The translations under genes were made by a program, and so were the position numbers. DNA of 64,000 nt from Carcharhinus amblyrhynchos (lineage: Eukaryota). Positions 1 to 11,275 of this stretch are shown piece after piece. Within the stretch, counting starts at the first letter, position 1. Each line of letters begins with the position of its first letter. A model generated the notes under the pieces. The model saw only the letters and a list, made by a program, of their open reading frames with translations. It was not told where the DNA came from and searched no databases. The stretch is taken from assembly GCA_965287045.1 (NCBI GenBank), contig OZ336880.1:42966001-43030000 (forward strand), written 5' to 3'.

Positions 1-852
1 TCAGTATCACCCTGGTCTTCATTAGGTTTAACAAATTTGATTGATGTAACTTATGTGAGATGCAGATTTTTTTTTCAAATGGTAGACTTTATCAGCCGAA
101 ACGTCCTTGTGTTCGTATTCCTGTTAAAAATCTGCTTACTTTGATTTGTTTCTATTCTTTTGTTTGGTATGTGGTGCAGGAGCCTTCCTTAGTGACTAGA
201 AGGTGTAATAAGTCGCCATTAGGCTGGTTAGAGCAGTGAACTTTACGATGTTGTCTAGACAGTTCAAGGTTTTGTAAACAGCAATGCTATGTCATGCGGC
301 ACGGAAACTTTTTTCCCCGAAAAAAAATTAAACGTTTTGAGAAGTCTTATTTACTGTGTCACCGAGACACGGATTAGTTTCAAGTTATCATATGTTATTT
401 ATACATGTAAGTAATTCCTTCTGTAAGAAATTCGTTTAATTTTGATTATGCGCTGCCATTGCCCCTTTTCTCACCATGAAGTGGAAAAAATATGTCAATT
501 AATTTCCAGATGTAAATATGTTTCCTCCAATTTTTTTTTCAAATTGCAATTAACTATCATGTTTATCGGCGAACAGCCAGGTCAAATTTCGGCTTTTCGT
601 TTTTAAACAGAAACATTCGTGGAGACGCATTATACATGAGCCAGGCAGTAATCTGTAAAATAAACAAAAAAACTGGAAGTATTCAGTAGATGAAGCACCA
701 TCTGTTATACTTCAGATTTCCAGTATCCGCATTACTTAGTACTTGTGCAGTAAATTGCTGTGTACTTGGGAGATTAACGATATTGGATCTTCCAAATGAA
801 TTGGTGTCCTTAATCTGGTCTGCTTAGTATACTCAAATTCATTTTAAAAAAG

Positions 853-858
853 TTTATT
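853..858 (-). promoter_or_regulatory. Candidate HoxD11 polyadenylation signal (AATAAA)
   Basis: AATAAA on the minus strand ~650 nt after the stop codon. Other hexamers exist (e.g. ~1208), so usage is uncertain. Confidence 0.35.
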
Positions 859-1511
859 TATAAGATTTCTTAGAAGACTTGTTTTCATTTGAGACAGAAC
901 ACATACTAACACATGCATTTATCATGAAATGTCAACTAGTTTGTAATCTTTAAACAGAATTGTTAACATTGCAACAGGTTTAGACATTTCTAGCTACGAT
1001 ATGTTAGAGTTAATGAATGAAATACATTGGAAAAACGTAAAATAATAAATATGCATTTCTTCTTTTCATGGGAATACATACACGTTGAACAAGAATGGTT
1101 AGTTTGGTTATACAATGACTAAAACACAAATAGAAAATACTATATTATCTGATTGACCTATCGCTGTGAACGAAAGACTGCTCCATTCGAGCCCCCAATT
1201 ACCCCGGTTTATTGTTAAAAATGAGCGCGCTGTTTTTTTATGCCGTGATCAAACCTCTTCCGTTGGAATCGAATAACACAAATACTGAGGTAAGGATGTT
1301 TCCTAATTTACATTTCGGCCATGATTCCCGCACAACCGTGTCACCTTAAATTCGATTCTACGTCGATCGCATTAAGGGCCGTCTGCTTTCCAAAGAAGAA
1401 CAACAAAACTATCCCCTCATACTTGCAAGTCACTCCTTCTGTAAATAAATATCGACTAAGGCAATGGAGAGTTGGTCGGAGAGAATCCACCAGAGTTAAG
1501 TTGTATCATAG

Positions 1512-1744
1512 TCACAGTAAAGGGTTGCCAGTAAAAAAGTGAAGGCGGTCTCTGCTAAGTTTCTTTTCCTTCATTCTTCGATTCTGGAACCAAATTTTCA
1601 CTTGTCGATCGGTGAGGTTTAACATTCTCGACAACTGCAAGCGCTTCTCTTTGTTTATGTAAACATTGAAGAAAAATTCTCGTTCAAGTTCCCGGATTTG
1701 ATATTTGGTGTAAGGACATCTTTTCTTTCTGCATCGCAGAGCGG
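1512..1744 (-). CDS. HOXD11: HoxD11 exon 2 (homeodomain)
   Basis: Translates [72 protein letters not shown], a PG11 homeodomain. Acceptor ttcccatcAG|CC is phase 1; stop TGA at 1514-1512. Confidence 0.96.
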
Positions 1745-2308
1745 CTGATGGGAACACAGTAAAACGTAAGGTTACAAAGTATCAAATAGCAACTGACGTG
1801 TTCTTAATTCCTTCTACATAAACTCGACAGCAAATGTTGTAAATAATGTTCGACTTGCCCAATATATCCTGATTGGACTATTTACTAACTGATGACTTTT
1901 TTTAAAAAAATGAAAAAGCTTAAATTAGGTTTTCTTTTATGAAGCATAATTTTCCTTACACTCGCATTGAAATCAACAATCGCAGGGGTAACTGTCATAA
2001 TTAAAACTTTGCCTTGTTACCCTAGAGGAAAAACCTTGGCAATGAATAGAAATCAGAAAACAAAACCCTCCGGTAAAATTACAATGACTATTCAAATCAT
2101 TATATAAAGTTAAAATCGACTATTCGTGACTTTACATATTCAAAAAGCCCACCTAAACCGATTTCCCGTCGTAAACAACGTTTACAACTTTAAAACAGAT
2201 CTTATAGGGTATATAAAATCCTTCGTCTGCTTATAAAATTTCACATAAAATCTGTGAGGCAAAATGTGTTGGCCCTGTATTCTAACCCCGGGTTACTACT
2301 GCACCTAC

Positions 2309-2903
2309 TGGATAGGCTGCTTTTGTCGGCCACACTGTTACCGGAGAACTCCACCGTGGTCTTTTCGGTCGCAGTTTCTTTTTCCTGCCGGGAAGAAACT
2401 TTCTCAGATGCTGAGATACTCTGGCACGCCGACACAGACTTTTCGGTCAACTGTTCATAGTTAGCGGAGTCAGAAATCCCATAAGCCGTCTCAAAGAACT
2501 GATCGAAACCTTGAGGGAGAATTCCATTCCTGCCAACAGCAGTGTAGAAATTGCAAGATGGATTTGAACTTCCACGCTGGCTGTATACGGAATCGCTTTT
2601 AAACAGCATCCCCGCCCTGCTCGGTGGTTGCATGTAGTCTCTATGCATGATTTCTTCTGCCGTGCAATAAGGAGCATAGTTGCTCCTGTAATGCCACTTA
2701 GCCGGACGTTCTAAAGCGTAATCTCGGAACGCCACTTCACGGACAGGTTGAACCTGGGTTAAATTGGAGGAGTAAGGAAATGTCATTTGGCAAGAAGTGC
2801 TCTGCGGTAAAAATGTTGAGAAATCTGGGGCTGAAACATAGTACGTGCAGCTGGGCAGATACATACTGGAACCGCAAGTACCAAGGTCTTCAAACTCTGT
2901 CAT
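2309..2903 (-). CDS. HOXD11: HoxD11 exon 1
   Basis: Starts [24 protein letters not shown] and contains [12 protein letters not shown] and [19 protein letters not shown] (PG11 N-terminal motifs). Donor TCCA|GTAGGT at 2309 is phase 1, matching exon 2, giving 275 aa. D-cluster identity from linkage to Hox12, Hox14, Evx2 and Lnpk. Confidence 0.92.
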
Positions 2904-3017
2904 ATTTTGCTTTCGGAGTTGCGAGGCCGAATTATCAGGATTGATGATGTTAAACATGCTCCATCTATTCTACCCTAAAAGCGTATGAACAGGGCCGGCG
3001 GAGAAAAAAATTGGAAA

Positions 3018-3080
3018 CGCAAGTTGACGTGCAATTCATCTTGATTGATTCTAAGGCTAAACGAGTCATGTGATCCAATG
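3018..3080 (-). promoter_or_regulatory. HoxD11 proximal promoter / 5' leader block
   Basis: Minus strand reads CACATGAC...AATCAATCAAGATGAATTGCACGTCA: E-box-like sites plus a TGATTGAT (Pbx/Hox-type) motif just upstream of the CDS. Resembles the block I recall upstream of Hox11 genes. Confidence 0.5.
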
Positions 3081-6000
3081 TAGAAATTACCATAGATCAG
3101 TTTTGGTCATTAAGATCCATCCTTTGGAACTCGAAGGTAATACCGTCGAAATTAGCCTATCGCCTTTCAGGCGGTGCTAGGTAGCTGCGTTCCCTTCCCG
3201 GTGCCAATGATTTGCCCTGTGACTAAGTATAAAGCAAACACAGTAACAAATAATTTAATTGACATACCGCACTCTGTCACAGATACCTTTCTATATTTGG
3301 AAACTCCAAAAACATCGGCGCTGTTTCATTAACTGTTGAGGTCGTGTTCATAATATAAAACTATATTCTACCAAATAGGCAGAATTCTTAATGTCTTAAA
3401 ATATAAAACTTTATTTTTCTACATGTGCTAATACAAGTAACAAGGGGGAGCTCCAAGTCATTTCGTGGTGGGTGAACCGAATTACAAGATCCTGCCTAAA
3501 CTCTACTTCAAGGTCGGATTGATGTGTTAACGCAGTTTCATTATATATCTCAGAGTAAGGAAATTAGATGGAATATGTCTATTCAAGGACGATAACGACA
3601 TTATTCACTTTTATTTCGAAGCTGGTGGCTTGCAACTTTTCGATTCGATTTCTAAGTTCGGATTTGACATATGCCATAGCCAAGAATATGCACATGGTTG
3701 AAGCCATTCCCTACTGCTGAGCCTCATTATGTTACCGCCAAAAAAAATTTCCTTCATTAATTGTCTAGATATTATTGTTTACATTACGCAAATTAGCCAT
3801 CCAATGATCGCGCGAGTTTAACACTATCTTCGACATAAATCGTAAATATGCAAATTAAACAAGGTTTGGAGTTGAGCGCCTCTAGAACTGCATCGCTATT
3901 TTGACATTAACGTTAAAATATGGCTGCACTGCAATATTTAAATAATGACCATAATATCAGGCTTGCCCGAGGCGTACATTTCTCATTGCAATTTCAAAAG
4001 TTAATATCCATGATTTGCATAAATTGGAAACGACATGTGGAGACTCTGTTGGGCAACTGGAGTGAGTTCAGAAATCTGAGAATGCAAACGAGTGCATCGC
4101 CGAGTTATTCCGTAATCTCTCCCATCGGCAGAAGCCAATATGTGGAGCCTAATTAAATATCTGCAGGGAAGCGAAATTCTTGTTTGAATACAGCTCGAAT
4201 CTGCAAATATGGATCATCTTCGACCCTTTTAAGCGAAGGCCAATCAAGCAAAAGATATATAAACTGATATTTCCATGTACCAGCTTGGAGGGTGTGGGAG
4301 GAGGCAGCTCCGCGGAGAAAAAAAATCATATTTAATTATGGAAGGAAATCTACTCATGTTCCAATTTGCGCTTACACACTCATTAAATATTGCATGTCAT
4401 TATCTCGTTTTCCACTTATCCCTCAAGACCGAGCAGGAGGTAGCGCTCTGATCGATATTTGTTTACTTTGGTCGGATTGCAATAGACATATAATATTGTC
4501 CGTATATTTCAATTAGACAAAAATTCTGTGTAATTAATTCGAGCAATCTGAGGATAGTCCCACTTCTCCGAAACGAAACATAATAAAATATAAATGTCAT
4601 TGATTCCAAAAGTAATTATTGTTCGGTTGTAAAGTAAGTTTCCTAAAATATGGATTTAAGTTAAAGGTTTGAATCCCACCAGTGTGTTAAGTTTCGATTT
4701 GTTCACTCCATTCTCGTCAAACTTGGACACGCACTTCTAAAATGTAACATCCGACTGTTGTTAGTATAAAGTGCGTGACCTGGTATCGTTTTAATTAATC
4801 GGGACTAAAACGCAATGTTGTCTTTGTGTATTTATTGTAAAATAATAACGATAATTAACCTCAAATTAAATCAAAATTTGAAATTTCCTAACGCAGCACG
4901 GCTGAGTGATCTAGTATGTCGACCGTGATCGCCAATACAGCAGAATAAGCCACATTGCAATGTAGATAGCGTGTTGAGCATTACACCGACACAATCTTTT
5001 GAAATAAGGGACCTCTTTCTTATAAATATTGATTCATTTTTAATTTTCTTCCTCTTGAATGTAATGCATCCTTTATGTAGTTAATAAAAACATCATCGTT
5101 GCGTATTCTATTAATAGATTACGGAACTCGCTTAAGCATGCACTGGTTATAATATGGCTTTCCTTTCTGCGTATAATGGTTGTAAAGCTCAAATGTACTG
5201 GCCATGGGCTCGATGTCATTTCCAAGCAATTTCCAATCATCAACCGTTATGAAGATACGCACTAATTCAGTCACATAACATTAGTCCTTGTGTTAAAAGA
5301 CCCGGTTCAATACTATGGCAATGGCTGTAAATGGAAAGGGAATTAAAAGTGCCCTTTGTTCTCATCTCGTGTTCAGATGACCAATTCGGCCTGTATTGAA
5401 TGTTAAATGCGGACAAATACCTAACAACTTGTTTAACATCGATGGGGGGAGGGGGAGGGAAGCAAAGGCGGTTCTGGTATACCAAGTAAAGAATTTTATA
5501 GGATATAAGTTAGGATCGTTATTCTCTTACACACATGGAGCAAAAAGGCGACGCACTGGGAAAGTTTGTCTGGCGTATTTCTTTCTTACTCAATTCTTCA
5601 AATCGGCGATTTGTTCTTTCACGTTGCCGTCCTAGGCAAAATATTAGCGTCTTCTTTGCTTTTTTTGAACAGAGCGCGGCGTTAAGTATTTCGAATGTGG
5701 AAAAAAAAAAGCCCTCATTAGTCAAGCGAAGTCCACGATCAGTAGGTATGTTAGACTTGTGCAATGCAAAAAGAGACACTAACTTGACCTTAACTTTGTT
5801 ATGGCGCCCCCAGTATCTGGAGAACATGTACAGACACTGTCTGGCAGCTCGACCCATAAAAGTGAGATGAAAAAGAGATTCCGAGCCATTTCGACCTAAT
5901 GTCGGACAAATTTCCAAAGCTCTGGGTTATACTGCGGCAAATATGATAACCTTGATACATTTTGGTGCTGGAGTAATTTACTGTACACAATTATCTCGCA

Positions 6001-9000
6001 AATTATTGGAAATTACACTCTGGGACGATGTAAGCACAGTTATTTCCACTTGCGGTATAATGATTAAAGGGGGCGGGTTGTGGGGGCGGTCAGAAATTCA
6101 GCACCAACCTCAGGTCTCATCATCCCCCCGAACGCAGCAGTTGGAAAAATAGAGCCTTAGCCATTTCCCTCCGTTTCGAATTCAATTTGAAAGTCAATTT
6201 ACAATGCTGGAATGCTGGGCTCTCAGTCTATTTTTAATTAATGCTTGGACTAGAAGGGTAATCACGCTGTTAGCGCTAACATTTTTAACATTAGCGAATG
6301 CATGGCCTCATAGATTTTAAAATAAAACTCACATGTTGATGAATGTGCATTAAAATGTTTAGGACTTTTTAGAGACCCATTCGACCAGTTCCGACGAATT
6401 GGAGGCGCTTTTCGGGGTCGCATTATTTTCTAATCTGGCTCTTGTGGTGGTCTTTTTGGTGTTTGTTAGAAGGTCCCTCACTACCACCCATCCATACTGC
6501 TGACCTACGTGGCGTTTTCATTAGTTCACAGTACTTGTAAGACAAGCTCACCAAATTCAACCGGTTCCAAGTGCACACTCATGCTAATTCTACCCGACTT
6601 TCTAAAATTTGAGCAATGTAAATTACTTTATGTAACCCTTTTCATTGTATTTATAAATATGTGCAATTTCATGCCAAAAGTTTATATTCCTAGTAATAGA
6701 TTTTGATGAAATCTTTAATTATTTAAATACATGTTTTACCTCTGGTGATAGTGGAGGAACCTTCATTTCAGAGTAATGTAGTTTAAGTGTTCTTTCCCAT
6801 AGCACCTGTCTTTTTGAAATGCAAAGTGGCATCCACAATAATAGCAACCTTTCCATTCATTTCCATCACCCAGTCATTGCAGGCGTGCGCTGTAACATCT
6901 GGGCTGTAGGCACCTACATTAATTTCTTGGAGCTGATACAATCACGGGGACCAGGGATATGAAAAGTCACTTTGACACCCGCAAATTATTAAATGCCAAC
7001 CCAGCATCAAATTAATGGCATTGAAATAATTTAAAATGGGTGTGCGCATTGTTTGCATCGAAAGTCGTATTTCTATATCTCGCCTGAAAACAAATTCTCC
7101 GAATTTCATAGGCCTAATTGTCGATACACACTTTAAAAGAAACCTGGACATAGTTAAGGCCTGTTGCCAAAGCAGGTACTGCCTGGAAAATGCCCAGAAT
7201 TAAATATCTAATTACCTTCAATCACAGAGAACTTTCATTTGCGTTGATATATTTCATTAAAACTCCTTTAAAGGTTCATGAAATCGCACGGTGCATGTTT
7301 AATTAAAGTCCAGACAAATGGCGGGGTTAGAAATAATGGCTGCTTCTGCCCACCCACGTCCTGATTTGCGAGAATGAGAAGCGAAGTGACTGCAACTCAT
7401 TCATTCTCGTTTACATTTTCTGCTAACTGCCCAGGCTCAAGTACAAAGCTTATCTCCACCAAACCCTCATTTTAATAAACATGACTTATTCGCATCGAAA
7501 TGTAGCTTTCCATTTTTAAATGAGGTAGAAATCCGCCGTTCTTGTGACCGTCAAATCAAAAAGAATGAAGGAAGCTGGCATTGCCATAAAAGGAAGTGCA
7601 ACAATAATTATAAAAAGAGGTTGCTAGCACTTGACTCCACTCTAAAAAAAACATTATTTCCAAACTTCTAAACTATTCCAAGAAAAATGTTCCAGCGGCG
7701 AATTGAATGGTCGCCAACCCGTCTGAAACGAATGAATAAAAGTCGCATTCTCGTTTCAAATGAAAGAAATACGCGGCGCCGTGCATCCGGGTCAAATCAT
7801 ATTCAAATTACAGCAAAGGTTCAATTATTTCATTTTATTTTGTTTCGTAAGTTTGCCTTTTTTGTACAGAAACCTACTGTCTCTGATTATTAAGAATGGG
7901 AATTATTGTAAACTAATAGTAACATCTGAGAGAGGGACATTATCAAGGTTTGATGGAAATAGGGGCGCGCTGTAAATGAAAAACAGTAATTCTCAAACTA
8001 GCGAATTAAACTGGTTGTTACAGAACCAAATTCCAGCTGAATACAAATACATGTCCACTGGATGTATTTGTATATTGTACACTTTCTATTGGTGCCCAAA
8101 TCTTGCGTTACGATTGGGGTATGAACACAATTGAAGATAAATATTTGTCTCATTGAATCTGGATGCAACCTCCTTAAATGTTGCTGTTCCTCCTGATCCG
8201 AATTCTTAGAAGCCTCAGATTTTGTACAATTTAAATCCAAGTAGATCAGCAAGCACTGAAAGCCTACAGATCTCCCTATCGGAAATTGATGGGCGAAAAT
8301 TGTTTGGCGCGTATGCACAGTGAGCAGGCAATATTGCTCCAGCAATAATACAATCATGTGAAGGCGATTAGCTCCGAAACTCTGTAATCAGTCTATTTAG
8401 CAAGTCAAAATTTACCATCTTCTAACTATGCATCAGGTGGATATAATGTATTCCCAATTAATCGCTATTGTATTATTATTGAAACTTATTCTGAAATCAG
8501 GCGTTGACTTACTGTTACTGGAGTGGAAACGACTGCAATAAATCATTTGTGGAAAAAATTGCGAGGCGTGCTTCTTTATTTTTATTTAGCTCAACATGGG
8601 CCTTTAAAGGGTCCCAGAAAAGTACAATTCCATAACAATGCATCACCTCTGTGTTTATTATTTTGAATTTCTGGCACCGTTGTTTATTTATTTTGTTCTA
8701 TGTGTTGCATTCAATTTCTGCAGAGCAACTCTGAATTCGGAAGCCGAAGTTCTCGCTGCTTTGAAAATACTAACTATACTGGGCAGTCACAGAACGTCAA
8801 TAATATCAACACCTTCCCATTCACACAGACCACGAACACCTATTGTGGACCCGCATTGTTAGCGAAAAACAAATGCAATAGCCCGAATGGATATGCATCT
8901 TTATCAGATTTCCACACACCTCTGTATTAATCAATTGTCCGCCTCCGGCTTCACAGCACGTTTACAAAACATGATTTGTACATACAAATGAAAAATTGCT

Positions 9001-9575
9001 TCGTCCTTCATTTTATTAGAACTCAATTTACATAGGTAGAGTGCATGCATAATATTTATATATTTAAGATTTAAATTCGAATGTTCCATTCTAATTACCT
9101 GTTGTACTTACATTCTCAAAATGCAGAATATCTGCTTGTTACTCTTCTGGACAGTCATGTGGCAATTTTTTTTTAAAAAAATGAGGAAACAAAATCATTA
9201 CAAATGTCTTTGAAACTAATACATGATGATGAGAAGACGCCGGCACGTTATTCACGGACAGCAAAGTACAGGCCACAACAAGTCAAATTTGTGCCTTGCG
9301 ATCAGTGTCCTGCTATAGCAAATGTTCACGAGGTATCCGTAGTTTGCATCTCAGTCCCTGTATGTTGCTGATGTTTAACTAAGCCAACACGCCATGGACT
9401 AGTGGCAGTGGCGATGTAATGTTAGATTGCTGTTTTATATGACAGCACATCAAAGGAGCACCTATCCATTAAAACAATGGATATTCTTGATCTACATGCT
9501 TTCTGCAAGCAAGCTTAATTACCATAAAAAGTTCAACTCACGACCTTGAAACTCACATTTGAACTTTACTTTGGC

Positions 9576-9814
9576 CTAAAAAAGTGAGAGTGTTTGTTCG
9601 CGCATTACAAGCCTTTTCTTTTTCATGCGTCGGTTTTGAAACCAGATTTTGACTTGTTGGTCGCTCAGATTCAGTCTGTCGGACAACTCTTTCCTCTTCT
9701 GTCGGTTGATAAACTCGTTGGCGAGAAATTCATTCTCAAGTTCAGCTATTTGCTGCTTGGTGTACGGCTTGCGCTTCCTTCTTGACCTCACTTGGGTTGG
9801 ACACCAGGGCAGAC
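9576..9814 (-). CDS. HOXD12: HoxD12 exon 2 (homeodomain)
   Basis: [79 protein letters not shown], a PG12 homeodomain. Acceptor cctatCAGCAG|GT is phase 1. Confidence 0.95.
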
Positions 9815-10592
9815 CTGCTGATAGGGATAGAGAAGAAAAAAAGGCTGAAGCAATCGAAACATTTCGCCACCCACCACCCTCCCTCCCCTCCAAACACACC
9901 CCTTCACCCCCCAATTCTAGAATAATTGACATTTTCAGCACGGTTTGTTCCTCCAGACAGTAGCATTTTTAACACTGCCGGATTTATATTGTTGCGCTTT
10001 TTTGAAATGATGTTGAAACTTCGATCAAAAGATATAGCATTCTCTATTTGTGGTACTTGGTCCTGATGATTTGAAAAAAAACTAGTAAATTATTATTTCA
10101 TCTAACAAGCTGGTCAAATGGCACAGATGCATTATTTCAGTATTCAAGCATCTTAATGTTCTATAGTCACTGCAGCAGAAACTCGCCAATTCTAACAAAG
10201 GAATCACCCTGAAAAATTGGCTTCATAATAAAATGGCGACAAATTCAGTAAAGATTTCTTCGCCATTTAAATAAATGTTAGTTAGAACCCAAACTGCAAC
10301 ATTCAACCTTGTAATTTTAATTCAATTTCAAATATTTTGACCTATCATTCATGTACCGCTGCCAAGCCTTCAGTTTCATTGTGTTTATTATCACATCCTA
10401 ATCATTTTTTGTTTGCAATTGCGAGAATCATTTCCCCGCTTTTTCTGAATACAATAACCGCAAGGTTTTCAGGCTCGTTGTTTGATACTCAGTCCATGAA
10501 ATTCAGGTGAGGGTGACAGGTAATACTTTTGGGAAGTCGGGATACTGCAGTTTTCAGAGGATGATCGTTTGAATATTGTACTGATACTATAC

Positions 10593-11172
10593 CGTCGGAA
10601 GATCTGTTGCACACTGGCGTTACTGGTGACTGTAATGACACACTGAGGCTCACACTTTGCTTGATGCCATCGTTTACAGTGGGAGAGTTGGAATTCAATT
10701 CAAAGCCTTGGTTATGTAATGACGAGCCATGCAGAGATGTTTCCACATTTGGGTATTCGTACTTGGCAGGATTGATGTTGACTGAAGAGGGGATGCTGCT
10801 ATCACTGGGATAAGACTGATTGTGTCTGCATCTCTCCTCCAGTTTCCGGCTGCTGTCTTGGAAGTAGTATTTGTTAGGCTCTTCGCCGGCCGCTGTCTTG
10901 TCTGATCCATGCTTATTGATGCTGATGGAGACTGAGTTGTTGAGGTAGGATTGAGAGTAGCCGCTAAAGGCGCGGCTCTGCGGCGGCGATGCGCATGGAC
11001 TCGAAGTCCACGGGAGCGAGCACACCTCCCTGCGGGTGTAGGAGAGTGCTGGCGACAGAGTTGCCAGTTGAGTCCCATTCGGACGCAGGTTGGCGAAATA
11101 GAATGGCTCCGGACTGGTAAAATTTAACAGGGAGCCGACATAGCCTGAATTTAGCAGATTGTGATCGCACAT
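10593..11172 (-). CDS. HOXD12: HoxD12 exon 1
   Basis: Begins MCDHNLLNSGYVGSLLNFTSPEPFYFANLR, a typical PG12 N-terminus. Donor GAC G|GTATAG at 10593 is phase 1, giving 272 aa. Confidence 0.93.
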
Positions 11173-11199
11173 TTCCGAGGAACGCGATCAGACCCTCTC

Positions 11200-11275
11200 T
11201 GTCCCCTATTTAGCTTCCAGACAGAGATAAACGAAAGACGCTCGCTGATTGGCTCCTTGGTGGTCACAAGACAAG
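11200..11275 (-). promoter_or_regulatory. HoxD12 proximal promoter
   Basis: Minus-strand CCAATC box near 11247-11252 and an AT-rich TAAATA element near 11206-11211, just upstream of the ATG. Confidence 0.4.

Noticed and set aside
5519-5917. Overlapping 132-aa and 111-aa ORFs between HoxD11 and HoxD12
   Set aside because: No homology or splice support; better explained as regulatory DNA.
7521-7530. TGAGGTAG, the let-7 5' end
   Set aside because: The match stops after 8 nt with no hairpin. As a minus-strand target site it probably lies beyond the HoxD12 poly(A) signals.
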